Below are positions 50,101 through 60,450 of a stretch of DNA of 64,000 bases, one piece after another (within the stretch, counting starts at the first letter, position 1; each line of letters begins with the position of its first letter). A program made the translations under genes and the position numbers. Source of the DNA: Amoebophrya sp. A120 (lineage: Eukaryota > Protista > Dinoflagellata); contig CAJINV010000002.1 of assembly GCA_905178155.1 (NCBI GenBank), positions 7,737,650 through 7,801,649 of the forward strand, given 5' to 3'. The notes under the pieces were generated by a model that saw nothing but the letters and a program-made list of their open reading frames with translations, made no database searches and was not told the DNA's origin.

Positions 50101-52531
50101 AGAAGTTTTCCGTGCTCAGCAGCATGTCTTGCTGCTTCTGCAAATCGTCAAACACCATCTTCATCCGTTTCTCCACCTCTTCCCGCGCGGTCACTTGCTC
50201 TTCGAACGCGGCACCGGCGTCCTGCAGTTCCAGTTTCAAGGCGTTCACTTCTTGCCGCAACAACTTGTTCTCGGCCTCGGTGAACTCCCGGTTGTCCAGT
50301 TTCTGCTGCTTCAACCGTTCCATTTGCTCCTTGAAGGTCTCTTCCATGGTTTCCATCTGCTTGTTCAGCCGCTCCTGCGCTGTGTACTCCAAATTCTCCT
50401 TCTCCCACGTGTGCGAGCGCACCAGAAATTCGTGCCGGTCCACCGCTTTTTCTAACTTTTTCTCTACGGCGGTCAAGCTCTTGCTCTTCGTGTTGTACAT
50501 GTGCAGAAATTGCTCGCGAAATTCCGACCGCATCATGTGGAGGTAGTCGTCGAGAATTTTTCGCTCCTCGACGGGCAGATACTTGTTCTTCATGAACTCC
50601 ACATGCTCGTACAGCTCCGACGCCTGCTGCGTCTTCTCGTCCTTCGCTTCTGTGGCTGTTTTTGGAGCCGTGATCGTGACGACCCCACTGGTTCTTGTCT
50701 TATTGTCTGCTTTGATGCTCAGCCTTCTCGAAGCAGGCTTCTGTTTTGAAGACGTCGCACCAGCGCCTTCTACTTCACCAGCTTCTTCCTCTTCAACGCC
50801 GGCTTCCATCACCAAGGACTCGGCGGCGGCCCGCTCCCCCTCCGCGGAAATCACCCTCGAGAAAGGTGCTCCAGCAGACGCAGATCTTGCCAGCATCAGC
50901 CGCCCCTTCCCCGGCACCGGCAGCGGGCTGGACGGCATCGGGCGGGGCACGGGCATCATGTCAGAGCCAATCGCCCGGGGAGAGGGAGCTTTCGCCTTCG
51001 CGCCAGAACTCTGAGGTCGGGTTCGCAACCTGGCACCTTTACTGCCTGGTGTGGTTGCTGTCGTCCCAGCAGCAGCGGTAGAAGATGGCACTTTCTTCGC
51101 TGAAGAGCCCGCGATACTGGACGAGCTGCGACGACTCCGGCGGATTCCGTCTGCGGACACGAGTGGGCTAGATTTCCGTTTCTTTGAGCTGCCGCTTTTC
51201 GTTGTCGCGCTGCTCCTACTTCTGCGGTTGCCCGCCGCGGACGCCGAACCAAGAACACTTCTCGGACTTGCAGTCTTCGTCTTGTTCATCCCTTTTGGTC
51301 TTACTTTCCCCGGGCTAGTAGTACTGTGACCGCTGCTTGGACTGGCACTCTGGATTCTCTTTCTCCCTGTGGCCGTACCGTCCGACATCAGTTTGGCCGG
51401 TGGCGAGCCACCCGCTGCCTGCGCCTTCTTGTCTCCCCGTTGCCGAGAATTATGGCTCGACAACTTGCTCTGCGGCGAAGCGGAAGCCGACGCTGATGCT
51501 GATCGGACCGTATTACCACTAGCAGCGGCACCTCTACCTCTATTCGCATTAGCCCTGGAGGTCCCCGCGTCTTTGCTGGTGATCTTCCTAGCACCGCTGC
51601 GGACCTTGAAGTTGTGCAGTGCCTGGGTCCTGTCAATCCCCACATCCTCCAGCGCTTGTCCGAAATCCAGCTCTTGCTCCAGGTCCGCGTACTCGGCCTC
51701 GAGCGATTCCTTATCCAGTCTTAAATTTTCGTAGGACTTTTTCAACAGGTTCGCTCGTTTTTCGGTCAGCTTCAGGCTGGACAAATGCAGGTCCCGTTCG
51801 GACTGCAAATTCGACACCCTGTCAATCAGCTGCTCGTTCTGCTGCTTCAATTCGTGCGACAACTTCGAAGCGATGACCTCTTTTTCGTAGTCAAGGTGGA
51901 GGGACTGGTAGTCTTTTTGTAACTTGACAAACTCGGTTTGCAACTCGGACTTCTCGGTCTGGATCTTGTTGTGCGTCTCCAGCAGCTCTAAATGCTTTTC
52001 CTTCAGCTTCTCATGCATCGAGTGCAGCAACGGCGGCGGATGGGTGGTGGAAACGGATGCTAATAATCCCTTGCCTCGAAGTCCGCGGTGATGTTCTTGA
52101 TGCCCGTGGTGCGGGTGTGGAGGCATAGGAGCCGATGCATTTGGGTTCAAGGCCACACTTTTGTCGTCGACGACATGATGTGGATGCTGGTGCAAAGCAA
52201 TGTGAGGATGCGGGTGCGCCGAAGCCGGCGCAGCGTGTTGCGGCGCATTGTGATGGGACCACGCATTGTGATGGGACACATTGTGATGGGACACATTGTG
52301 ATGCGGCGCAGCTGCGTGCTGTGGCCCAGAAGAAGGTGTCCCCTGCTGCTGTCCGGAAGCATTCGTCCGGAAGTGGTGCGTTGTCCCTGAGGCAGCCGCA
52401 GCTCTCGTGTGCGGGTGGAAGTTGTGTTTGATAGTCGCGAGTGCTTTATTCTTTCCGAGCGTCGACGATGATCCCAAGGTTGCAGTGTGGGTCGCCGCAG
52501 CGGGCGAAGTGGTGGTCGGAGTCGTTGGCAT
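44120..52531 (-). CDS. Giant coiled-coil/low-complexity protein, 2803 aa
   Basis: Uninterrupted 8.4-kb ORF with a His-rich N-terminus, several long E/K/Q/L heptad regions and Ser/Thr-rich linkers. Confidence 0.85.
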   Translation of the reverse strand: MPTTPTTTSPAAATHTATLGSSSTLGKNKALATIKHNFHPHTRAAAASGTTHHFRTNASGQQQGTPSSGPQHAAAPHHNVSHHNVSHHNAWSHHNAPQHAAPASAHPHPHIALHQHPHHVVDDKSVALNPNASAPMPPHPHHGHQEHHRGLRGKGLLASVSTTHPPPLLHSMHEKLKEKHLELLETHNKIQTEKSELQTEFVKLQKDYQSLHLDYEKEVIASKLSHELKQQNEQLIDRVSNLQSERDLHLSSLKLTEKRANLLKKSYENLRLDKESLEAEYADLEQELDFGQALEDVGIDRTQALHNFKVRSGARKITSKDAGTSRANANRGRGAAASGNTVRSASASASASPQSKLSSHNSRQRGDKKAQAAGGSPPAKLMSDGTATGRKRIQSASPSSGHSTTSPGKVRPKGMNKTKTASPRSVLGSASAAGNRRSRSSATTKSGSSKKRKSSPLVSADGIRRSRRSSSSIAGSSAKKVPSSTAAAGTTATTPGSKGARLRTRPQSSGAKAKAPSPRAIGSDMMPVPRPMPSSPLPVPGKGRLMLARSASAGAPFSRVISAEGERAAAESLVMEAGVEEEEAGEVEGAGATSSKQKPASRRLSIKADNKTRTSGVVTITAPKTATEAKDEKTQQASELYEHVEFMKNKYLPVEERKILDDYLHMMRSEFREQFLHMYNTKSKSLTAVEKKLEKAVDRHEFLVRSHTWEKENLEYTAQERLNKQMETMEETFKEQMERLKQQKLDNREFTEAENKLLRQEVNALKLELQDAGAAFEEQVTAREEVEKRMKMVFDDLQKQQDMLLSTENFFGDIEPDVGGLDLGDLEKKNETTTRTSSKRASTATGSVKFVNEGSAADSNVVEADGKQDANKPPSATEIEGSDQAHQRTSANKALLPPRLRISSKQNADSVQTRMKKFDNLLKETEQKEQLIKEMEANYTKTILDLKQSHEFLQQKVKQMLSEKKKQRKKVEDFLQNKEKLQFVEEEYDKLKKEHEELLTKNLSAQQQKLKMEGDRLRVEVNQLHSVLQNSKVDNENLVFEKTKLEQENARLFGKVSGYEAEIERLNAELSSRDTDIRQVQELLFTGTTTATTTATATTTGVQVLGHSGRATNLSQPSVQQKKKPKLASNIIKSPNEKSVGSSDGIPVPATFDIESPPGVRGGGVVVASSPGRASPAASTTSPSSDIHNSVKNLIQQRKKEREDREKEKARFEKALKAHESEKTALHSKLKEHEETNEFLQSRLDQAAVGMVPPEWKQSVVRQSVTLQKISKVGGYAEFHSRLEKEKMKAEHELEKGRRGLTAEEEIRPPPEQAAEQGTEQAANKTPASQHHFLGHTSAGISASASKFGSHSLHSHPEQAHHRSLGGAFDQVAEDRADVAHEMKEEPHTKHLRAPHAEGERSELVVQQAVAGTTAGKALIFEEGVDEAGDEGHQKALTKDAGTPSPSILSRVAMFDKEHKDMINSTLVRTSKETGKRSTSTDKTNANVEASSVTSRRRSSRSSGGMGIVQKMKGKQGSTPTASRSVSPVEHPVVEQARPENTAADGGNKNQDDQDLIATGAYLQVVGERTNKLKFAPLEGNILAQQQAEVAFAEKQRLQQNQAASSTTSDAAPKKKMKRMVRVVKRRSTKSQVADENVDKTSAPPPDPVLDSIVKKSTVERLLASAPPPDEQADVVDDSFIIVDGEQEDEKPTETEEQVNGEDVVMDITEAAVNTATASSGSATLSRKSIAAAKTQAASSMFARRPSRYMLMQTFMRWKIRHHMGQGSSTAFESPVSKAKSASASVAHENTPHAKEIAAAKAAPVANKIRRLESGKTKTKTSSSLFSSKTGPVSTSVPGGERAAAVASEEQAAASTSGLVVSPHADEHQVGTEGAPAPEPREKNSVLDRKEVSGGTVKAHAATVASAQAQQERSPTSPSQTTDVDVSSGFRTTSNKQQGKTKAKKVKAEGSQVPRTAQPPEHDVRFSSGSSEGDHDEHKSDLVLAAHSLLTAGAKQWNATGAGGIVKNVGGGSKIKRVLSSKKSSKDESSVRSEDTTTSGAEVVGSRAAAEGDIKSDKGKTKVQKSTKETPQHNDVVYSDADETPGSTRKLVFDLQQDPDSLHEEDLAQIEQAVYTLQHSPDTKMVSVKATSTSSSKSPPSSSTGPTGAMTTTLDAGDDAAGHKNAATKKEKDENLKNKKKNAHTSPTSPGAVADSLGKHVKLHARRLEHADKLQEDMKDREAEKEEKQKLQEQYEKEHKQKYRAKYAAIGAEHIGREYYGNSNKSGSSSSSSDNEAEIMKAFLQDQVQEEREKEDRSHEDVLINLADARARMHELRSEVAASMKSNNLLATAPAVKKKKKSSKTTTSSSPETSSPAKNYKTRDSEVAAVSGSAVETASMGRAGAEGAIPQTASSRSSKSNKRESTSAFSKVRKSELKLNTLLNKNLAKTTSLDDHRVGSGVIAAADGRTASKEKDSPSRSPSASSRSKNKDSLNISSSSQQTSSSGKVDEKGLTAASSTIRPPIIMSTIDKIRLEDMRNTGKKSSPSSNASSRMSKRVSFGVDMVSEDSLFDVAQKSVLRKEERKERKQARRSASGAANSSEDHGGGGPAGRATTSPPSNDSSAAAAAQNLLKPSKSRGSSYFEPSSRLPLGGSNSSSGTTSSPSAKEGVVRDKLQKKKEKKEARRSARAASTSSPPASVSPPTSTTMYSFYNDMTYDVLEDDGGDPHFYLQGNNSSAAGQRQRDLVGVSSAALPREFQLYGYGDELLHDQDNFPARLILEAKASNEGQQDAPDESALHFPDRIDLSMLQQLLGSATAEDDA
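52246..52303. repeat. Short coding repeat cattgtgatgggac (HHNVS x3-4)
   Basis: Directly visible 15-18-bp units. Confidence 0.8.
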
Positions 52532-52988
52532 GTCGTTTTGCTTTGCTAGTTGTACTCCATTTTCCTACATCAAAGACACAGCCTCGTGCACGACGAAGCG
52601 TTTGTTGTCCAGTTTCAATGAATGCTGATGAATGTAAGTACCAAAAATTACATAACGTAACAAGAGACTGCGACGTAGTAAAAACAAGATAAAGCAGCCG
52701 GAGGGGAACGAGAAACGACAACGACCACCAGACTACGAGAAACGCTCTCAAGGCAGACTACAACGATTGCTCAAACTCAATTCCGATGGATGCGCTCATC
52801 TAAACCAACGTATCAATGACCATGAGCGTTATTTCTTGTACAACGAGATTATATCACGAAGCCAGCGAATATGGTCACTCCTTTTCGAGCGTACGAGTAA
52901 ACGAAGTTTTCGCGACGAGGAAGACAAGCCAAAACATCCGCAAACAAATTCCGCATGCATTGAATGGCCATCGCCATGGCATTGATTT

Positions 52989-54824
52989 TCATTGATTTGC
53001 GCACCTATCCATGCAAGGTTGCCGTGAGCAATGAAGATCATCTTCTGCTTTATTGAGATGCTTTCTCTTAGTCCTACGGACCGCTCTACTGCTTTCGTTC
53101 CTTTTCGTGAGAACAAGATTTGACTCCATCATGTCTTCACGCCTCCTTCGCCGCATTGCACCTATTTTCGAACGTACACGGCTCCCCCGGCGGATCCGCC
53201 TTCGGCGCTGTCGGGTCGCGATCCAAAGTCAACGGTTTGCTGACGCCGAACGCCTTCTCGTCCGGATCGTCAAATAGGGCGTCGGCCGGGTCTTGCGGTG
53301 GCGGTGGTTCTACTTCCGAAGCACCCTCGTCCCCATTTCCAGCATTCGGGAACAGATCGTTCCCGTTCTTATAGAAGTGCACAACTCCCCCTCTCCCTCA
53401 TTTGTATTGCTGCATGAACAGCAATACAAGCGCCAGCAAGAATACAGGTTTCGCATGACAAATTTGGACAGCATTGTAGTGCTATTTGGGCTACCAGAAC
53501 TTGTCAAGCAAACAGTGCCAAGAGCCAAGGCGTAAATTAGGTATTTTGCATGACAAATGAGGGGGAGGGGGAGTTGTGCACTCTCATAGTTCTCGCCCGC
53601 GATGTAGATCCCACCAGACGCGTAGTATCCTAAGTAAGAACGTACCCACGCCATAGCTGTCATGCAGATCTGCATGCTCAAAATGTTTGCCATGTGGATC
53701 CCCATGAGAAGCGTTTTCTAGTCGTGTTTTGGAATTTGTAATGCTCTAATCAGCATAATAGGCTAGAGCTGTGATGCTGCTGAGCTAGCTCAAACAGCAC
53801 TGCACTACGAGTTCAAGTTTGTCATGCAAAACAGGCAAAACTTGTAGATTTGTCTAGCAATTTTTGCATCTTGACTATGGTGTGGGGACGTTTTTACTCA
53901 GAATACGTAGCCGGCAAAATTCGCCGCCTTCTCGCTGTTGCTCATGCCCGTAGTTCCCGCTTTGCTCAACGCAAATTTCGGCTTCGGGTAGGGTCTGAAC
54001 AAATTCTTTTCGTGAAATGGGTTTTCCACCTGCCCGTACTCATCCACGGGGCCGTTCGGGAGCCAGAACCACCCCCGATTGCGCCCGTGGGTGAGGGAGT
54101 CCTGCGAGCGGAACCGGTGCGAGCTGTAGCCGTCGGTGCCATTCGTCGCTCCGGAACTTTCACTGTCGTCCCCCGTGCCAGAACTCCCGTCGCCGCGCGG
54201 GGCGCTCGCATCGGGCAGGCCGTCGAAGGCGGAGGGGGAGCCGGGAGGGTTACTGTTATTTTCATCTCCATTTTTGCCATGCAGGTTCTCGAGTTCTTGG
54301 CTCTCCTCGTTTCTGTAGTCGTCGTTCATGCCATTGTCCTCCGCCGGCGTCGGGTCGTGCTCCGGAAACTTGTGCGTGTAGGTGTGCCCGAAGGTTTTGG
54401 CCCCCTTGCGCTCGTCAACCACGAGGCCGCGCGGGTCCGGTTGCAGGTAGTCCAACGGCGGCTTCTCGTCTGGCGTCTGCTCTTCGCGCTTGGGCTCCGG
54501 TTCCGGGGTTTTCACGTAGTCCTCGCCGCGCTCGCCAAATTTTCTTGGCGTCGAAAGAAACGGATTGGGGTCGGTCGGGCTGAAACCAGTGAGGATTTTC
54601 ACATACGGTCTGGTTCTTGAAAGGCCCGTGCGGCGGAGGACAAGCTTTTGAGTTGTGCTGCTGCCGGCAAAAAAGCTCGAAAATGTCTCGAGGACGTTGT
54701 GTAGTAGCTCATTTATCGTCCCTGTTTTTGCGACCTCACTCGTGCGACTTGCAGCCGCTGAAAAACCTCCGCTGCTGCCCAAAGATGCACCTTCGTCTAG
54801 CAGCAGTGCCTGCTTTGCAAGCAT
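52989..54824 (-). CDS. Hypothetical multi-exon protein (54824-53907, ~53621-53586, 53370-53162, possibly 53004-52989)
   Basis: Removing the repeat-bounded introns gives a continuous frame ...ANFAGY|ASGGIYIAGENY|KNGNDLFP...CTFENR|CANQ*. Confidence 0.65.
53371..53585 (-). other. Introner-like intron (215 nt) with 30-bp inverted repeats
   Basis: 53376-53405 versus 53553-53582 are 29/30 complementary. Direct repeat CTAT(R)AG at the junctions. Confidence 0.85.
53622..53906 (-). other. Introner-like intron (~285 nt) with 42-bp imperfect inverted repeats
   Basis: 53625-53666 versus 53865-53906. Direct repeat CTACG. GT...AC in one register. Confidence 0.8.
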
Positions 54825-55167
54825 CTTTCAACGACGTAGTCAATAATTTGCTCGCTGTGTATATTTTCCAAACGCGCACTAATCTTGCTGCCAGTTCCAG
54901 TTGTCTGCACTTGGCTTGGTACCCCACTACACGCATCCTCATGATCCGACCGCATCGAGATCCGAATCCGAAACGTGTATTCATCAAGTAATTATTTGCC
55001 ACAACGATTCTTCCGACTTTTTACGAGGACGGTCTTCTCAGCGAGTGAAGCTTCAGCGACAGCTGGTACCATCGTGCGAAGATAAGCGAAACATCGATTC
55101 GAAACTGTCCATGTCTCGCATATGACATTGCACTAGCCGCTGGAATCATTATGCCGATTCAACGATT

Positions 55168-56997
55168 TCAGAGTCGAGATCTCGACGAGCAGCCTCCTGT
55201 AGTGGTAAACGATGTTCCACCGCTAGCACCTGTAGCGTGTTGACGTACTAGTGCTTCTGCTTCTTCCTCACTATTCCACACGCGATTCTGTGTCCACAGG
55301 ACAGGCACTGTAGTTTCCACGACGATCTCCTCCGCCCCGTCTTCGATTTGATTACACGTCGAAACCAATTTTCCAAACGAGAGCTCGTCGTTCCGCAAGT
55401 TCCACTTCAGGCCTCTCGTCGTCACTCTTGGGAGCGAAGAAGGTGGTGACGAGCCGGGTCCTCCGGGCGTAGCTTCGGTCGAAGATGTTGACGCTGCCAG
55501 GGGAATCAAACCCACCTTCAACGAAGGCTTTCCTGGTACAGGAGCGCTTGTTTCGGTCCCGGTGTGCTTATGATCATCTTCGCGGCGAACTCGTGGCAAC
55601 GGTATTACCGTCCGCCCGCGTGGCAAGCAGCACATCAGGGAATCGCCGTCGGAAGTGCAGACGAGTGGGAGAAACAACTGCGAGCTGTGATATTCTCCGC
55701 CTCTGTAATAATCTTCTGGTGCATGTTGATCACGGTTGTTTTCACAGCTGTATTTGTACAGTGTGTTGCACAGGGCGAAAAAGTGGTCTGTTCTGCCCTT
55801 CACACCCGCAAATTTTCCAACGATCTCCACACCCGCGGTAAACACCCTCGGGTCAATCAAGGAGAGGGCTTTTTCTAAATCTGTCGTGTTCTGGTCCGGC
55901 ATGTGCAGCATGGGAGTGCCGTCAGAAATTTCGTAAACCGCTTCCACCATGTTGTTGAAATTAAACTCAATGTTGTTTTGCGGAAGCTTCTTCAGCCGTA
56001 ACTTCTCGACGACTGGCTTTAATCGATTGTAGCGAATTTCCTTGGCAGACACAGGGTCCAGCACATGAAGATCGTGGTGGGCTTCGCGCCGGCTGAGGTG
56101 GTCGTGGGGCAAAGTGTTCTTTTCCATGGAACACGAACGAAAAAACGCAGCTGGCATAAACCTTTGGAAAAACGTCGGCGCAAGATAGGGCTCGACTTCT
56201 CCTGCTTCGTTGACCTGGTGCTTCGTGGGGCGTGTGATGAACGCAATATCCTCGTCTGTTAACGTTGATGAGGGTATTTCAGATTTGCTTCGATTTTCTG
56301 CAGCTGCAGTGCTGACAGCACAAATACCGTCTTGTTCACGACCCACTGTTGCCGTCAAAATTTCGTCCGCCCATTCGTGAAAACTTCTGCACACGAGTGC
56401 TGGAACATCGGCCTCTTGAGCGGCATCTGCTTTCCGCTCCGACTGCAGCTTTCTGGTTGACAGTGCCACATCCCCAGCCGCCACGCTCGGGATCTCCAGG
56501 AAACTAGAGTCCATGTCTCCCACGACTAGGTCCGGTAGAAGGCCAAACTGCGTTTTCAACTTGCGGTAGGCTCCGTCGGTGGCGACCCGCAAGCTGGCAT
56601 CCTTCCAGCAACGATGGTTTGGCGCCAGCAGTTTCGGATACTGGGTATTCAGAAAAATCCGTGCGAGCTTCTCGCTACTTTCGTTTTCCGACGTCCCACT
56701 TGGTCTTGGATGATCGATTCCTTGCACGCGGCGCAGCAACAAAGTCAGCCGCTCATTTGCTGAGATCGATGTGGGAGCTTGTTTTGATGCAGAAGAGCCC
56801 TCTCCGCGGCCGCTGGCACCGTCGGATTCCTCCGCGCGTACAGTATTGGAGACACCCCTGCTACCTGTCCGCAGCATGGCTGGTGTGTGGCTCGCCTTTT
56901 GGCACGCGCGTGCTCTAGCACTTCTACTGCCACGGTGATACGACAAGACAGAAGTGGTCCTCGCGCATTTTGATGCTCTGAGAAAGGCCAAAGCCAT
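55168..56997 (-). CDS. TPK1: Thiamine pyrophosphokinase with a long insertion
   Basis: ATDGAY, PDLVVGDMDS, DQNTTDLEKAL, GRTDHFF, VGLIPL, VTTRGLKWNL, FGKLVSTCN. Confidence 0.92.
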   Translation of the reverse strand: MALAFLRASKCARTTSVLSYHRGSRSARARACQKASHTPAMLRTGSRGVSNTVRAEESDGASGRGEGSSASKQAPTSISANERLTLLLRRVQGIDHPRPSGTSENESSEKLARIFLNTQYPKLLAPNHRCWKDASLRVATDGAYRKLKTQFGLLPDLVVGDMDSSFLEIPSVAAGDVALSTRKLQSERKADAAQEADVPALVCRSFHEWADEILTATVGREQDGICAVSTAAAENRSKSEIPSSTLTDEDIAFITRPTKHQVNEAGEVEPYLAPTFFQRFMPAAFFRSCSMEKNTLPHDHLSRREAHHDLHVLDPVSAKEIRYNRLKPVVEKLRLKKLPQNNIEFNFNNMVEAVYEISDGTPMLHMPDQNTTDLEKALSLIDPRVFTAGVEIVGKFAGVKGRTDHFFALCNTLYKYSCENNRDQHAPEDYYRGGEYHSSQLFLPLVCTSDGDSLMCCLPRGRTVIPLPRVRREDDHKHTGTETSAPVPGKPSLKVGLIPLAASTSSTEATPGGPGSSPPSSLPRVTTRGLKWNLRNDELSFGKLVSTCNQIEDGAEEIVVETTVPVLWTQNRVWNSEEEAEALVRQHATGASGGTSFTTTGGCSSRSRL

Positions 56998-57390
56998 CGT
57001 CAACTTGAACGGCTGCTACGTACACGTGTGATACTGTGGTTGCTCACATGATGTTCGTATGGTTGACTTCTTCCAAAACATATGAAATCGGAAAAGGCTC
57101 GCAGCACCTATGACTACGGGTAAAATTCGTTGAAAAGAGTAATAAAGCAAGGGGCGTCATAGTTTGTCCCGTGTGGAACTGTAGAGGTCTGCGGCAATGA
57201 GGCATATAAAGGAACCACTAAACACAAACTTACCATCTCGATGCCGGCAATTGTGAAGACCGCGTGGTGTCTGTTCATCGCGATCACCAAAAATCACACA
57301 TCTTTTAGGTCGCGTTTCACTACTTTCATCTTTACATTTACTGCATTCATTCCCGTCCATATATGACCGGCGAATACGAATACGATCGCT

Positions 57391-59860
57391 TCATCGCATG
57401 GTTACTGCCGTCTCACCACTGGTGGCCAAAAATACAGAAGGGCCAGCAGGAGTACCATTCTCCTGGCTGTCACAAGTGCGACTGTAGTCTGTTTTTTGAA
57501 AACTAAAAGTGACGAAGACATCGCCACGCAGAAAGAAGGTCTGCCCGGGCAAAATCTGGAAAAATTCTTCGCTCTCGGGTGGCTGTTCTTCAACCTCCTG
57601 GTCGTTGTTCTTCACCGTGTTTCCAAAACCGCCGGCGACTTCTACTTCAACAATTGTGGTCCCGTGCGCTGCTGTAGGCCCCGGTCGTAATGATCCACCA
57701 CTACTCGAGGGCTGGATGGCAAACATGATGCTGGCAGTCGGAAGGTAGATCCTTCCCGAAGAGACTTTCGTCTCTGACTGCAATCGGGACGGCAGAGCGA
57801 CAATCTCCAACACCTGTTTCAAAAGGCACGAGCATGTACATGTTACTTCTACTTTATCAAATTACGTAAAAGAGGCGCTCGGAGGTCAAAAACTTGGTGA
57901 ATTACTAAATCATGAATCCAGTTGTACATTGTCACAGTAGCCACGACTCAACAGGCTATACCTGAAAGTCGAAAACGGGTGGCGGCGCGCGGTAGAGGTG
58001 GACGTGGACACCGTCTTCTTCTAGATCCTGATCTGGTATACTTTTCGGACCGGTTTTTGTTTTCAAATCTTTTTCCCCTCCACGACCACCTACTCCGCCA
58101 AGAAGCTCGCTGCTTCGTACACACTCCCCGGTTTCCACCAGATCGTCGCTGTAGTCGCATATCTTCAACAACAAGTCCACGTCTTTAAACTTCGGCGTCA
58201 ATCCCGCACGAATGACGTTGTCCGAAAGCGCCATGCACTCCACGCAGTTGCCGTTCAAGTACGCGTGCGGCACGTTCGCCTTACAGAAGAGGAAGGTTTT
58301 TGATTTTCCAAGTTTCACCGCTGCGGTTTGAACTTCAAGACGACGTTCATCAGGTTCATCTGCAGCTTGTGACGAAATTAGTGCGCCGTCTGTTGTAGCA
58401 GGAGCTGTGTCAACATGGTTGTCCACGATGACGTAATTGAGAAAAAACACGGAAAAAATCCCGACGTCATTGGGGTACTGGTGGTTTAAGCGCAGAACCA
58501 ATTTCTTCAGCTTATCGTCCAGAAAATGGTCCTCGTTCTCCGCGTTTGCCACTTCTATCCTCTTGACCAAACTGTCCAGCAAAGCCGCGATCTTCTTCCC
58601 GTCCTGCCGCATCAAAGCGGCATACAGTTCCGAAATCTTGCTCGACGCAGTTGATGCCGTTTGAACACCACTGCAGGCTTCTTGCAACTCGGGTAGCAGC
58701 TCCAGAAACGCTCGAATCTCCTTCTCCGGGCGAAAGCCCATCAAGGCCTCAAAGGGTCCGGGGCCGAGCGGTATCGCAATCTCGGGTTTGTGGTTTGCGT
58801 CCTTGTAAATGTCCGGGTGCTCGCGAAACAGCCTCTGCGCAGTGGGTTTGTCCGGGTGGAGTTGGATCGACAGGGCGGTCGACACGGAAAGTACCTTGAA
58901 AAGAAAGGACAAGTCATGAGGAGGGATTGAATCAGCTGCCGCTGATGTAGTTGCAGTTGCCATCGACGTCTTTGTGCCGTTGCCAACGTGGTTCTCTCTC
59001 ATCGTCGCCGCCGTTCCTCCATTAGCGTGAAGATGTTCATCACGGCCATTGTTCTCTGCTACAACACCGTTGCCCGCATGATGGTTCAATTGCGCCACAG
59101 TTGTAGGTCCAAGAACGGTTCCAGCTGCTGCGTTTCCATTCTTTCCATTGATCGACGCACTGCTGCTGCCTCTCCTCGCCGCGGCGGTCGTTGTAGTTCC
59201 TCGCAGCCAGTAATCGGGATCTTCTTCGATCACCGAGGCTAGGGAGGAAACCTCCCCGCGCGAGGACGAGGAGGCCGTCGTTCCGGACCTGAGGGAGGTG
59301 GACGACGATGATATTGTTGTGGTCGTGGACCTCGTTGTTCTCCGGACCGTGCTTCGGGTCTTTTCCCGCAGGACCTGCGCCATCCCGTTCACGTGCTATC
59401 GCAAGAAAAAAGTGTTACAGTTACACACTGTCGTGTTGCAAGACCGGCAACACAGACCACCTTTCTCATGCAGGAAATGCTTGGGAGCCTCGTTTCCTTC
59501 CTGTTTTCCCTTATGATCTTCGCATTACAAGTTTTCTGTGCCGCACAGAGAAAATTTGTGATGCAGAAACTCCAACAAGTGTGTAACTGTAACACTTTTT
59601 TCTGGTGATACGTGCGTGCCCATCCAGAGTTCGGCGTACGGCTTCTCGTCCTCCACCGCATGTTCCTCCAGGAACCCGGCCACACTCGACCGCGTACCCT
59701 TCACGCCCCAAGCGTAGTTTTGCACGGCTGGCTGGAGGAGGAGGCAGAGCGGTAGGTCTTTCTGCTCTTCCTGCCGCGCTGCGGGGTGGTGGCCATTCTG
59801 GAGGTTGTGCTCGTCTATGATGTCCCCTGGTGCGGCGGCCCCCGTGACAATGGAGGTCAT
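57391..59860 (-). CDS. MPI: Mannose-6-phosphate isomerase type I, 3 exons (59860-59612, 59392-57962, 57813-57391)
   Basis: QNYAWG, PYAELWMGTH|VNG, FLFKVLSV..ALSIQLHPDK, YKDANHKPE, PHAYLNGNCVECMALSDNVIRAGLTPKFKD. Intron 2 (57814-57961) is canonical GT-AG. Confidence 0.95.
59393..59611 (-). other. Introner-like intron (219 nt) with perfect 26-bp inverted repeats and a 6-bp direct repeat
   Basis: agaaaaaagtgttacagttacacact (59404-59429) is the exact reverse complement of 59578-59603. acgtgc at 59391-59396 and 59610-59615. Confidence 0.92.
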
Positions 59861-60450
59861 TTTCAGGAAAATGCAGGACCGCTATTGCCCAACGCCCAAA
59901 ATCAATCGACGAGGAAACAGACAAGAACTACAAGCAGCATGGTGATGTTTGCACAAAGCGTCTAACAAAATGCTTTCTCTCACGACGCGGAGACTAAGCT
60001 ACGAAGTGATCTCCTTTTTGTGATCTCCTTTTGAACTTGAACCTCACAGCGCGGTGGATCATCTTTTCTTCCGGACACCGCACATGAAAAGCAACGTGAA
60101 AAGCAAAAGCTTGCTTGATCGTCGCAACAAAACGCCGGCAGGATCAGGAAACACAGAGCGAGAAGTATAATAACTTAATTGGCGCATCGAAGATCAGATG
60201 GTGCAGCGCTACAAGGGGAAATAAACGAGGAATACGAGCTGCGCAGTCTACTTTTTTTGCGTAAAAAGTGTAGTACTTCAACTTCTCCGAGGCCTTGCGG
60301 GATTTATAGCCCGCAAAACTCAATGTTCGTCTTGGTCTCACCATTTGCGCTGGCAGATCATCTTCGTCGCAGCGAATTCTTCTGCGTCGCATCATGTGGT
60401 CCTGTCCAGGTCGAGTTTAGTATTTACGTGCGTAATTACCTTACTTTCAG

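Noticed and set aside
16412-59860. Glucosidase I plus MPI as a glycosylation gene cluster
   Set aside because: They are about 37 kb apart with unrelated genes between them, so there is no evidence beyond chance.
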